A stretch of 64,000 bases of DNA from Arenicellales bacterium (GTDB lineage: Bacteria > Pseudomonadota > Gammaproteobacteria > Arenicellales > JAJDZL01): the NCBI GenBank assembly GCA_965116205.1, contig OZ220493.1, positions 2,613,072 to 2,677,071 of the forward strand, written 5' to 3'. The notes below the pieces were generated by a model. That model was not told where the DNA came from and did no database searches. It worked only from the letters and a program-made list of their open reading frames with translations. Of the stretch, positions 40,945 through 50,816 are shown piece after piece. The position numbers and the translations under genes were made by a program. How positions within the stretch are numbered: position 1 is the first letter of the stretch; every line of letters starts with the position of its first letter.

Positions 40945-41201
40945 TTGGCAACGATATCGCAGTTGGTAAAGATCTGACGTCAATCAACATATTTATTGGT
41001 AACTAAGGCAGGTCCGTCCATCGAATGAGGGATTGTGAAAACCTTTCCATAGGCAGGCAGCGTTTATCATTTCATCAATTCTAACTTTTCGGTGTCGTAC
41101 GATCATTTTGCCACTGACGAGATGCTCATTTTATAGAGAGCTGTAATACATGCCCGTGTCATCCATCATCTTCGTTAATTGGTAAAATACACAGTAAAGA
41201 A

Positions 41202-41700
41202 ACGAAGTGGAATGTATTCGGTCTGTCCGCCATTGATCTAGCCACTGCCTTCCAAGTGTCGAATCAGACTATAGCTGACATCCGGCAGTGCTGGGACGAG
41301 CATGGTGAAGCCGGATTTTATGATGCGAGGCACATAAAATTACCTGTTTAGCAGCGTAGTGAAATTAGTCCTGAATTAACACAACAGACGACTGAAATGC
41401 GAGCTGCCGGCATCAGTAAGCAGGTCTGCGCTAAAAGTCTTGGCATTACCATAGGCACATATTCGTAAAGGTTGCATTGTCAACCTGAGCATTCCAGAAG
41501 CAGAAACTGTGGAGCCCCTACCGAAGGATGCGCAGAAATTTCAACAAACCATTCTTGAATGCGTCAGCGATCACACCGAATCGTGATACTGGGTGATGAT
41601 CTGTACCGGTGAAGCGTTCTGTACTCGCTCAGAACAGAAGTGCGATTTCAAGTTTGACGAGTCGACAACTTTCGGCTGAGAGAAAGCAGCATGTTGAATA
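41202..41700 (+). pseudogene. Decayed N-terminal (double HTH) fragment of a transposase-like gene, possibly IS630/Tc1-like
   Basis: One frame reads ...FGLSAIDLATAFQVSNQTIADIRQCWDEHGEAGFYDARHIKLPV*QRSEISPELTQQTTEMRAAGISKQVCAKSLGITIGTYS*, with in-frame stops at 41349 and 41466. No DDE domain follows. No ORF of 60 aa or more occurs across 40945-41996. Confidence 0.35.
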
Positions 41701-41996
41701 AACTGCTATCGGAGCAATCAATCGAAGGACAGTGCTACCATCGTCAAATACTTTTTTGAATTGATTAGATGAATTGAACGTGTCTCTGACTCATGATGTG
41801 ATGCTATGTTCTTCATGACGCAGATACGCATGAGCAATGCAGAAATCTAACCATTAGTACAAAAGTGACTCAGTGATTTCTTTGAATAGCGCTATATTTT
41901 GACTTCTAACTCTCACCATAATTCAATACTAAAACCAAACAACATGTCCTGCTTTTCATAGGTGTAGGAAAATAGGGTTCTGAACTAGACTAGACC

Positions 41997-42704
41997 ATGC
42001 GAGTTCACAACGAAGAGTGTTTTGTACTGCGAACCATTCCGGTGCTGGAATCTAGCCTGGTTGTTGACGTTCTCACGCGCAATCATGGGCGTCTTAGTTT
42101 GATAGCCAAAGGAGTTCGCCGGCTTAAATCTAGGTTCAGAGGAGCAGTTCGCCCGTTTCAGCTATCTCTGGTGAGCTGGACTGGCAAAAATGAACTGCCC
42201 ACCATGACTTCTTTGATCCATAAATCAACCCCCAACCCAATCAATGGGAGACGAGTCTACTGCAGCTATTACCTAAATGAATTGATTATTCGATTTGTAC
42301 GACAATCGTCGCCGAACTCTCAATTGTTTGTAGTGTATCGTGAAGCACTTGAGCGCTTGAACAGGTCAGAAAGCGAATTTCATACATTAAGAGTGTTCGA
42401 AAAGAACATGCTCAAGGTGTTGGGTTATGAATTGTTTTTACAAACCGAGGCAGATGGAATCACCCCTATCCGTGCTGATCGACTCTATCACTTTGATTTT
42501 GAGTCTGGCCCCATACCGGCCACTCATCCCACTGCGAACTCTGTAGCAGGTCATGTTTTACTCGCACTGGATAAAGAGAAATTTGATTCCACTACCCGGC
42601 TGGAATGTCAATTATTGCTTAAACGAGCCATTGAGCATCATTGTGAAGGCAAAACCGATCTGAGTAGGGAAATTTTCAAGCAAACGATCGAAATTTGTCG
42701 TTGA
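41997..42704 (+). CDS. recO: DNA repair protein RecO
   Basis: N-terminal OB-fold sequence FVLRTIPVLESSLVVDVLTRNHGRLSLIAKGVRR. 235 aa. Confidence 0.9.
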   Translation: MRVHNEECFVLRTIPVLESSLVVDVLTRNHGRLSLIAKGVRRLKSRFRGAVRPFQLSLVSWTGKNELPTMTSLIHKSTPNPINGRRVYCSYYLNELIIRFVRQSSPNSQLFVVYREALERLNRSESEFHTLRVFEKNMLKVLGYELFLQTEADGITPIRADRLYHFDFESGPIPATHPTANSVAGHVLLALDKEKFDSTTRLECQLLLKRAIEHHCEGKTDLSREIFKQTIEICR

Positions 42705-42712
42705 TATTGATT

Positions 42713-42994
42713 CTATTTTTTTCTTTGCGCAGAAAATCCAGCTGGCAACTGACCCAAATCACCTTCACCGAACAAAAACCCTAGCATGTGCTGTTCAATC
42801 AATGCGTGAGTTGCGGGGTCGCCGGTAACCATCTGATTTTCGTTGATGATGGTAACCAGTCGCTCAAGCCACTGTTTCCAGCCTTCTTTCGAGACATTTT
42901 TAAATATTCGAATCCCTAGTTTTCCCGGGTAGGGCGGAGCATCTAACGCTTCTGCCTTGGCTTTCAATACGACGCAATTAACGGACTGGGTCAT
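42713..42994 (-). CDS. yggX: Fe(2+)-trafficking / oxidative-damage protection protein YggX
   Basis: 93 aa with PYPGKLGIRIFKNVSKEGWKQWLERLVTIINE, a close pattern match to YggX. Confidence 0.88.
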   Translation of the reverse strand: MTQSVNCVVLKAKAEALDAPPYPGKLGIRIFKNVSKEGWKQWLERLVTIINENQMVTGDPATHALIEQHMLGFLFGEGDLGQLPAGFSAQRKK

Positions 42995-43212
42995 GTGAAT
43001 CAGTGACTAAGTGAAATAATGTGATTTCAAATTTCGTTATATTACACTTCATTTGCTTCATTTGGTCAACGTTTCGCGCAATGGGGGTGAGATTACCGTA
43101 CATGTTGTATCTTGCTTTTATGAGCACAAACATTACTTTAGATAATATTGCGCCAATGTAGGAGGTCACCTGCTTATTGACGGATGAAGATTTTGGTACA
43201 AGCTCGCACTAG

Positions 43213-43239
43213 AAATTCACTTATAATCAAATTCACTTA
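43213..43239 (+). promoter_or_regulatory. Direct repeat AAATTCACTTA x2 (16-bp phase) embedding TATAAT, upstream of the ErpA-like gene
   Basis: Exact 11-mers at 43213-43223 and 43229-43239. TATAAT at 43222-43227. 25 nt upstream of ATG 43264. Confidence 0.3.
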
Positions 43240-43263
43240 CAAAGTTCTTGCAATGGTAATAAG

Positions 43264-43632
43264 ATGACAACAACGTATAAAAAAGAAATTTCAGCGTCAG
43301 AGATTCGGTTGACCGAATCAGCGGAAAACAAGATGTCAGAACTTGTGCAATCCACTGATGAATCGATTATCGGTATTCGCGTCTATGTTTCCGGCGGTGG
43401 ATGTGGCGGCATGAACTATGGCATGACCTATGCCGAAGCGGAGACAGAGTACGACCGTGTTCTTGTTGGCAATAAAATTCGTTTATTTGCTGATGTGGTC
43501 GCACTGCAGTATCTTGCCGGCGCCGAAATTGATTATGTTGACGATGGCATTCAGGCTACTTTTGTTTTTCATAATGTCTTCCAATCGGTCGGTGGCAGTG
43601 GTGCCTGCGGCGGTTGTGGGGGTGCCATGTAA
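43264..43632 (+). CDS. A-type Fe-S cluster carrier (ErpA/IscA/HesB family) with an atypical C-terminus
   Basis: LTESAENKMSEL...IRVYVSGGGCGGMNYGMTY...LQYLAGAEIDYVDD follows the ErpA layout. The C-terminus is GSGACGGCGGAM instead of the usual CGCGxSF. Confidence 0.75.
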   Translation: MTTTYKKEISASEIRLTESAENKMSELVQSTDESIIGIRVYVSGGGCGGMNYGMTYAEAETEYDRVLVGNKIRLFADVVALQYLAGAEIDYVDDGIQATFVFHNVFQSVGGSGACGGCGGAM

Positions 43633-43671
43633 ATTCACTGACTCTGCCTATTCTATCCATTTGCCAGTTCA

Positions 43672-44922
43672 TTGGCAATAACAAAATCTGTTGCATTAAT
43701 CGCTCCTGTTCATAGTTACCGGGCGTCGGTTTACCTGACGGCGGCTGAAAAGCATGGCATTTCGGTGGTATTCATCTCTGATGGCACGGCCGATGTCGTA
43801 CCAGGAATTATCAATGGCATACGAGTTGATTTTTCTGAACCTGATCAAGCACGGCAGGCCATCTGTGCATTTTTGACTCATAACCCAGTTCAGGCTGTTA
43901 TTGCACCTGATGAAAAATACGTTGCATTGGCCGCCCAAATATCAGAACAACTGGGGTTACCACACAATCCGATAGATTCACTGAACATCATTTCGAATAA
44001 ACACCTTGCCAGATTGAAATTGAAGCAAACAGGGCATTCCACCGTTCCTGATTTCCATTTGATCAATCTGCAGGATAATTTAACTCAACAGTTAAAGAAG
44101 ATTAAATTTCCCTGTGTTGCCAAACCACTGAACCTTTCAGCCAGTCGCGGTGTCATTCGCGCCAATAACCGGTCTGAACTGCTCAATGCATTAGCGAGAA
44201 TCCAACAAATTTTACGAACTGAATTTAAGGATCATGAATCCAGGAAAGTAGTCGTAGAAGAGTATATAGATGGCACGGAGTATGCACTTGAAGGTTACCT
44301 GTCCGACAATGATTTGGAAGTCATCTGTATTTTTGATAAACCGGAACCACTAACAGGTCCCTATTTTGAAGAAACATATTACATTACGCCATCACGCCTA
44401 GATGAATTCGTTCAGATAGAAATAAGAAACACCGTGCTGACTGCATGCAGGGCATACGATTTGCAAATGGGGCCGATTCATGCAGAAGTGCGGATATCAG
44501 GTGGAAAGATCTGGATTCTGGAAATTGCAGCGCGTTCCATTGGTGGAGATTGTAGTCGAATTTTTGAACTCGCAACACAGTCAAGTCTCGAAGAGTTTGT
44601 AGTTTGCCGCGCTGTTGGGCAATCCATCAAAACATTGAATTTCCAACATGCAGCAGGGATACTGATGATTCCGGTTTCAACTGATGGTATTCTGAAACGG
44701 GTTGAGGGGGTTACCGACGCACTATCAATTGATAACATTCTTGACGTACGCTTGGACGTCCGAGAAGGTGAAAAACTCGTATGCTGGCCGGAGGGAGGTA
44801 AATACCCTGGATTCATTTATTCTGTAGCCGATTCACCGGAACATGTAGAAACTGCACTTAGACAGGCTCATTCACGTCTTCGATTTGTGTGTATGCCTGA
44901 TTTACCAGTTCGTGTTGGCTGA
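43672..44922 (+). CDS. ATP-grasp domain protein (carboxylate-amine ligase type), substrate unknown
   Basis: KPLNLSASRGVIRANN, VVVEEYIDGTEYALEG and GPIHAEVRISGGKIWILEIAARSIGG resemble ATP-grasp B/C subdomain motifs. TTG start. Confidence 0.7.
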   Translation: MAITKSVALIAPVHSYRASVYLTAAEKHGISVVFISDGTADVVPGIINGIRVDFSEPDQARQAICAFLTHNPVQAVIAPDEKYVALAAQISEQLGLPHNPIDSLNIISNKHLARLKLKQTGHSTVPDFHLINLQDNLTQQLKKIKFPCVAKPLNLSASRGVIRANNRSELLNALARIQQILRTEFKDHESRKVVVEEYIDGTEYALEGYLSDNDLEVICIFDKPEPLTGPYFEETYYITPSRLDEFVQIEIRNTVLTACRAYDLQMGPIHAEVRISGGKIWILEIAARSIGGDCSRIFELATQSSLEEFVVCRAVGQSIKTLNFQHAAGILMIPVSTDGILKRVEGVTDALSIDNILDVRLDVREGEKLVCWPEGGKYPGFIYSVADSPEHVETALRQAHSRLRFVCMPDLPVRVG

Positions 44923-45053
44923 CATCATTTACGTATTACAGATGTTGGCTTTCCGAACAATTCAACCGATCAAATTATTCATATTTCGTTAACAATGGAA
45001 TAAAATTAATGTCTGACGATAAGCGATCGCTTTTTGTCTTCTAATGTTCCTGA

Positions 45054-45130
45054 TCCCCGGTAGCTCAGCTAGGTAGAGCAGGTGGCTGTTAACCATCTTG
45101 TCGGCGGTTCGATCCCGTCCCGGGGAGCCA
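45054..45130 (+). tRNA. tRNA-Asn (anticodon GTT)
   Basis: Cloverleaf folded by hand. Acceptor TCCCCGG/CCGGGGA, anticodon loop CTGTTAA, T-loop TTCGATC, encoded CCA. 77 nt. Confidence 0.93.
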
Positions 45131-45162
45131 TACTAATTCAGCGAGAAGAGTAGGGTTCAGCA

Positions 45163-47622
45163 TTACGCTCTCATCTTGGATGACGACGGATCATATAAAC
45201 ATTCTCGTTCGATTTTTATGGGAATTCTCAAGTGTTCTACTTCAAGTTCGTAGTCACCGTCGAACAGATATTCATCACTCACACCATTGATGTTTCTAAC
45301 ATAGCCATAAGCTATATTCCGATTCACCGTGTATCCCCAGCCGGCGCTGGATGTCCAACCGACACGCTGTCCGTTTCTGTAGATCGCCTCTCTTCCATGT
45401 AGGGTGATGTTTTCATCTGTGTTTGTAAAACAGGTTAATCGACGTTGTAAAGTTTTTTCCTGCTGTGCCAACAGACTTTTTTGACCGATAAACTCAAACT
45501 CACGATCAAAGCACACAATTTTCTCCATACCCGCTTCCAGAGGTGTGTAGTCGGGACCTATATCAGACCCCAATGCTCTGAACCCCTTTTCCAATCGAAG
45601 ACTTTCCAATGCTCGATAACCAAAATTTTGCAACCCCAAATTCCTGCCACTTTGTATGATCTTTCGATAGATTGCCAGTGTATTGGCGACTGGAATATGC
45701 AGTTCCCAACCCAACTCACCCGCAAATGAGACGCGTAGTGCCAGTGCATCCAAGTTGCCAAACTTGACGGTTTGTGATTTGAGAAATGGAAAAGAAGTGT
45801 TTGCAAGATCACAGTCAATCAAGGGTTGTAATAGTGCCCGTGAATTGGGTCCTGAGATTGATAGGGTTGAGTATTGGTCCGTCACATCTTCAAGTGAAAC
45901 ATCTTTGCAATCATGACGGATATGTTTCAGAATGTGATGATAATGATGTGTCGCATAGCCGGTACCAGCGACAATATAGAATTCATTTTCAGCAATACGG
46001 GTTGCAGTGATCTCACCTTCAATACCACCTACTGAATTGAGCATGGTAGTGTAAATCACCGATCCAATGGGCCGGTTCATTTGATTGCAGCAAAGTCGAT
46101 TCAATAGTCCAAGTGCCTGCTCACCTTTCAGTAGAAACTTGGCGAAGGACGACTGATCAATGATTCCAACATTGTCTCGAATCGCTTGATGCTCCATGCC
46201 AACCGGCGTGAACCAGTTGGGGCGACCGAACGAATAGATGTCTTGAGGTTTTTTACTCGCCGGAGCAAACCAGTTGGGACGCTCCCAACCCAGTTTTTCA
46301 CCGAAACATGCGTTGACAGATTTCAGTTCATCATAGAGAACCGAACGGTAGTAGGGGCGCCCGCTTTGGTGCTCTTCATGCGGCCAAGCCATGGTGTAGT
46401 GTTTGGCGCAAAGTTCGACAGTACGTTTAGCAATCCAGTTACTGTCTTGATGAACTTTACCAAATCGTCGAATGTCAATCACTCCCAAATCCATGGTAGG
46501 CGCCCCATTCATGATCCATTCCGCCAGAGCTCTACCGGCACCACCCGCGCTGGCAATTCCAAATGCGTTGAAACCGGCACCGACGAAATAGTTTCTCATC
46601 TCAGGCGCTTCACCCAATACGAAGTTTCCATCCGGTGTAAAGGACTCCGGTCCACAGATAAATTGTTTGATGGCGGTGTCTCTCATGGCCGGCACCCGAT
46701 GCAACCCGGCCCGCATCAGTGGTTCGAAATGATCCACATCAAAATCAAGTAACGTGAAGCCGAAATTTTCTCCAGGATGATTAACGTCCCATCGTAGAGG
46801 GTTGAGTTCATAGCCACCAAATATCAGTCCACCAACTTCCTCTTTGAAATAAATCAATTGATCAGGGTCTCGAACAGTTGGCATGGTAGGAGTAACACCA
46901 TCGACCCGGTCTGTGACGATGTAGTGGTGTTTCATGGGAACAATCGGTACATTGACACCGACCAATTCGCCGACCGCTCGGGACCACAATCCAGTGCAGT
47001 TGACGACGATTTCACAGTTGATTGTTCCTTGGTCCGTGGTGACCGCCTTGACGGTTTGATTCTCTGTTGCGATAGATAGTACACGAACACCTTCAATAAA
47101 TCGTACACCACCTGCTTTGGCACCTTTAATCAACGACTGAGTGAGGTCCGATGGATTGGCTTGACCATCGGTGGGCACATAAGCCGCGCCCTGCAAATTC
47201 GATGTTTCTAGAATTGGGCACAAATCTGCAGTTTCACTCGGTGTCAGAAAGTGCATCTCAAGCCCGAATGAGTGTGCCATCGTGATCTGACGTTTAATTT
47301 CCCGCACTCGTTCTTCACAGCCGGCCAGTCGTAGTCCGCCATTCATTTTCCAACCGGTGGCCAGGCCGGTTTCCTTTTCCAATCGGCCATAGAGTTCAAC
47401 TGAATATTGCAGCAGCTGAGTGATGTTGGCATTGCTCCGCAACTGGCCCACCAGTCCGGCGGCGTGCCAGGTCGAACCATTGGTAAACTTGCCCTGTTCG
47501 AGCACTACACAATCAGTTTCACCGAGTTTAGACAGATGATAGGCGGTGGAGGAACCAATAATTCCGCCACCGACAATCACAATTCTGACGTGTTGAGGAA
47601 TCACACTTTTAATAACCTCCAC
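45163..47622 (-). CDS. Dimethylglycine/sarcosine dehydrogenase-family protein (FAD oxidoreductase fused to a GcvT-like folate-binding domain)
   Basis: N-terminal IVIVGGGIIGSSTAYHL DAO domain. The C-terminal ~400 aa are aminomethyltransferase-like. 819 aa. Confidence 0.85.
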   Translation of the reverse strand: MEVIKSVIPQHVRIVIVGGGIIGSSTAYHLSKLGETDCVVLEQGKFTNGSTWHAAGLVGQLRSNANITQLLQYSVELYGRLEKETGLATGWKMNGGLRLAGCEERVREIKRQITMAHSFGLEMHFLTPSETADLCPILETSNLQGAAYVPTDGQANPSDLTQSLIKGAKAGGVRFIEGVRVLSIATENQTVKAVTTDQGTINCEIVVNCTGLWSRAVGELVGVNVPIVPMKHHYIVTDRVDGVTPTMPTVRDPDQLIYFKEEVGGLIFGGYELNPLRWDVNHPGENFGFTLLDFDVDHFEPLMRAGLHRVPAMRDTAIKQFICGPESFTPDGNFVLGEAPEMRNYFVGAGFNAFGIASAGGAGRALAEWIMNGAPTMDLGVIDIRRFGKVHQDSNWIAKRTVELCAKHYTMAWPHEEHQSGRPYYRSVLYDELKSVNACFGEKLGWERPNWFAPASKKPQDIYSFGRPNWFTPVGMEHQAIRDNVGIIDQSSFAKFLLKGEQALGLLNRLCCNQMNRPIGSVIYTTMLNSVGGIEGEITATRIAENEFYIVAGTGYATHHYHHILKHIRHDCKDVSLEDVTDQYSTLSISGPNSRALLQPLIDCDLANTSFPFLKSQTVKFGNLDALALRVSFAGELGWELHIPVANTLAIYRKIIQSGRNLGLQNFGYRALESLRLEKGFRALGSDIGPDYTPLEAGMEKIVCFDREFEFIGQKSLLAQQEKTLQRRLTCFTNTDENITLHGREAIYRNGQRVGWTSSAGWGYTVNRNIAYGYVRNINGVSDEYLFDGDYELEVEHLRIPIKIERECLYDPSSSKMRA

Positions 47623-47631
47623 ATGTGCTTA

Positions 47632-49659
47632 TTAAAGACCAAGTGCCGCTTTACGTTTTTTAGCCGCTGCTGAGATCAGTCGATCAGTTATGATGGCGAT
47701 GAAAGCCACTGACAGTCCGGCTACCAATCCTCTTCCGGTATCCGCTTTGGTTAGCGCAATGTAAACTTCCTGACCTAAATCCCGCGTACCAACCAATGCT
47801 GTGATAACCAACATCGATAACGCAAACATCACGGTCTGATTCACCCCAAGCATTATTTCAGGCCAGGCCAGTCGGAACTGAACTTTTCTCAACAGCTGAA
47901 ATTTGGTGCAACCAGATGTTTTTGCAGCCTCAACCAAGGCTGGTGAGATCTGCTCAATACCGTATAGGGTGTAGCGTACTGCGGGTGGCAAAGCATAAAG
48001 GACCACCGCAACCATTGCTGAAAAATCACCTACCCGAAACAACATGACAACCGGTAGCAGGTAGACGAAACTCGGTAAGGTCTGAAGAGTGTCAATCAGA
48101 ACCAGTACCGGACGCTTCAATACGGTGAATTGAGAGGCCGCGACACCAATTGTCAAACCGATCAAACTAGCGGTGATGACTGAAATTCCGCACAGATAAA
48201 CGGTGATCATGGCTTTTGTCCATTGCCCGGTAAGCAGAATAAAACTCGCACAAGCCACCACCAGAATGGCCAATCTGAGACCGCCCAACTGCCATCCGCA
48301 GAGTGCTAAAATCAATAAGACACCAGGCCATGGTAAAGCCAATAGAAACAGCTTGATGGGTTTGAGAACATTCAATAACAGAAAAATTTTGATCGCCTCA
48401 AGTTCATCGAAAAAATTAACATTGATCCACTTAATCAGATCATTCCAGAATTGACCGGTTGATATTTCTAATGGTTCAGGCCATTGTGCGAAAAAAGGCA
48501 GAAAAAAACTGATGACAGTCGTGGCCACCAATATCAGTAGGGCGAGTGTCAGATTTCGATGTCGTTGAGAAAATGTCAGCGTGATTTCAGCGTGCGGTCC
48601 TGAACTATTTGATGTCCAAGCCTGGGTGAGGCGATCCAAGACGATAGCAATTAGTGTGATGGCTATACCCGCTTCAAGTCCGTCGCCAATAGCCTGCCGG
48701 CGCAGTGAAGCGAGCACATCAAATCCTAGTCCCCCGGCGCCAATCATTGAGGCAATGATGACCATATTGAGTGACAACATGATCACCTGATTGACTCCCA
48801 CCATCAGTCCAGGCTTGGCGGATGGAATCAAAACTTTCCAAGTCATCTGACGTCGGGTACAACCGGCCATTTTGCCAAATTCCTTGATCTCTTCCGGCAC
48901 TGTTTTTAACGCAAGGACCGTTACCCGTACCATAGGTGGCATGGCATAGATGACCGTCGCCGCGATCGCCGATACCGGACCGAACCCAAACAGGAACAGA
49001 ACCGGTACCAAATAGGCAAAAATCGGCACGGTCTGCATCAGATCTAAAATGGGCGTAATGGCGCGTTCAAACCGTTCGTAGCGATAACCTAGAATACCGA
49101 CTGCAATTCCCAAACAGATACCGATCGGTACGGCAACTGCAATGGAAGAAATGGTAACGGCGGCGCTGGTCCAATGGCCAAATACGGCAAGATAGGTAAT
49201 ACAGAGAAACACCATCAGCGCCAATTTCCAATCTCGAAGACGATAGGCCACCATAGTCAGTACCACCAGCAGACCTAACCATGACACCGGCGGGGTCTGC
49301 CACGTATGGCCATCACCAAGTGAAATGGTGAATCCAGACGCGAAAAGTGATCGAATCATCTCGTAAGGAAATTCTATATAGGCCGCAACCGCACGGGTAA
49401 ATTCTTTGAATGTCCATGGAAAAATGTAGGCTTCGTTATTAACCATGAACTTAAAAAAACTGGTAACACAAAGGCGCACGCTCGTACAGTTGCCTAGTAC
49501 TTCGATATTCCAAGTGAGTTCTTTTGGCGCTTTGATGGCCCATTGCCATACATCACCACCCAACCAGATGATGCCGACGGCACCCAGTGCAGCCATCCAG
49601 GCCAGTGGCCAAGAATAAGTAGACTCAAATCGCATTGTTGAACTAAAGGCAAGTTTCAT
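47632..49659 (-). CDS. ABC transporter permease, tandem-fused ProW/OpuAB-type (two permease modules in one 675-aa chain)
   Basis: Two internally similar BPD-transporter modules (…FGPVSAIAATVIYAMPPMVR… and …VGDFSAMVAVVLYALPPAVR…). Confidence 0.85.
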   Translation of the reverse strand: MKLAFSSTMRFESTYSWPLAWMAALGAVGIIWLGGDVWQWAIKAPKELTWNIEVLGNCTSVRLCVTSFFKFMVNNEAYIFPWTFKEFTRAVAAYIEFPYEMIRSLFASGFTISLGDGHTWQTPPVSWLGLLVVLTMVAYRLRDWKLALMVFLCITYLAVFGHWTSAAVTISSIAVAVPIGICLGIAVGILGYRYERFERAITPILDLMQTVPIFAYLVPVLFLFGFGPVSAIAATVIYAMPPMVRVTVLALKTVPEEIKEFGKMAGCTRRQMTWKVLIPSAKPGLMVGVNQVIMLSLNMVIIASMIGAGGLGFDVLASLRRQAIGDGLEAGIAITLIAIVLDRLTQAWTSNSSGPHAEITLTFSQRHRNLTLALLILVATTVISFFLPFFAQWPEPLEISTGQFWNDLIKWINVNFFDELEAIKIFLLLNVLKPIKLFLLALPWPGVLLILALCGWQLGGLRLAILVVACASFILLTGQWTKAMITVYLCGISVITASLIGLTIGVAASQFTVLKRPVLVLIDTLQTLPSFVYLLPVVMLFRVGDFSAMVAVVLYALPPAVRYTLYGIEQISPALVEAAKTSGCTKFQLLRKVQFRLAWPEIMLGVNQTVMFALSMLVITALVGTRDLGQEVYIALTKADTGRGLVAGLSVAFIAIITDRLISAAAKKRKAALGL

Positions 49660-49695
49660 GATGAGAAAAGAGCGTCATGGGATTGGTTTTTATGG

Positions 49696-50742
49696 CTATT
49701 TGACCAGTACATCAATCACGATTTCACGGTCCAGTTGACCGATAACATTGCCATCTTGATCAACCACATCAAATGGCAGTTCAGATTTGATCACATTCTC
49801 TGCCAGATCTTGGATTTTCGTCGTGCTTAAAACTCGTCTCCCTGATTTAGTAGCGCCATTGGGTTTGACCATCACCGTTTCCGCAGTAAACACCTTGGCT
49901 CGAGACAGGTCGTTGGTAAATTCCTCGACGTAATCGTCTGCCGGATCAATGACCAACTGTTCTGGTGTACCAATCTGTATGATGGCACCATCTTTCATAA
50001 TGGCAATTCGATCGGCCAGGCGCACCGCTTCGTTGAAGTCATGGGTGATGAACACAATGGTTTTGTTCAACATGGATTGAATTCTTAAGAATTCATCCTG
50101 CATTTCTCTTCGAATGAGTGGATCCAGCGCCGAAAAAGGTTCATCCAAAAACCAGATTTTGGGCTCGACCGAAAGTGAACGGGCGATACCGACACGTTGT
50201 TGTTGACCGCCGGATAATTCTCGGGGGTAATAAGATTCACGATCCTGCAAGCCGACCAGTTCAATGACTTCTCGAGCTCTTTTTTCACGTGCGGCGCGAC
50301 CTATACCTTGGACTTCCAGTGGAAAAGCCACGTTACCCAATACGGTTAAATGCGGCATCAGCGCAAAATGTTGAAAAACCATCCCCATCTTGTGCCGCCG
50401 GATCTGAATCATCTGCTGTTCAGATTTTTCAAGCAGATTTTCGCCTTCAAACCTAATTTCGCCGCCGGTCGGTTCAATCAGTCGTGCGAGACACCGAAGC
50501 AACGTTGATTTTCCAGAGCCAGAGAGTCCCATGATGACGAAGATCTCACCTTCGGCAACTTCGATATTGACGTCGCAAACTGCGCCAACCAAACCGTTGG
50601 CAGATAGTAAATCATCCGTGATCTGGCGGTTGCTGGTGAACAGCTTTTCAGCATTTTTACCGAACAGTTTCCAAATGCCACTGCAGGAGAGAATGGCTTC
50701 AGGTACGGATTCCATCAGGTGAGATCGAGGGTAGTATTGCAA
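49696..50742 (-). CDS. ABC transporter ATP-binding protein, ProV/OpuAA-type with a C-terminal CBS-like region
   Basis: Walker A GLSGSGKST, signature LSGGQQQRV, Walker B IWFLDEPFSALD. The start may be ATG 50715. Confidence 0.9.
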   Translation of the reverse strand: MQYYPRSHLMESVPEAILSCSGIWKLFGKNAEKLFTSNRQITDDLLSANGLVGAVCDVNIEVAEGEIFVIMGLSGSGKSTLLRCLARLIEPTGGEIRFEGENLLEKSEQQMIQIRRHKMGMVFQHFALMPHLTVLGNVAFPLEVQGIGRAAREKRAREVIELVGLQDRESYYPRELSGGQQQRVGIARSLSVEPKIWFLDEPFSALDPLIRREMQDEFLRIQSMLNKTIVFITHDFNEAVRLADRIAIMKDGAIIQIGTPEQLVIDPADDYVEEFTNDLSRAKVFTAETVMVKPNGATKSGRRVLSTTKIQDLAENVIKSELPFDVVDQDGNVIGQLDREIVIDVLVK

Positions 50743-50816
50743 ATGACAACGCGCCAGTGTCTATTCCAGACCCTGGCGCGTGAAACGATTAAAACTCAAT
50801 TATTCGATCAGACCCA

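Noticed and set aside
46186-46752. 188-aa plus-strand ORF antisense to the DMGDH-family gene, and similar antisense ORFs at 50892-51383 and 51053-51640 within the binding-protein gene
   Set aside because: They are fully overlapped by well-supported genes on the other strand and have low-complexity, Arg/Ser/Pro-rich translations.
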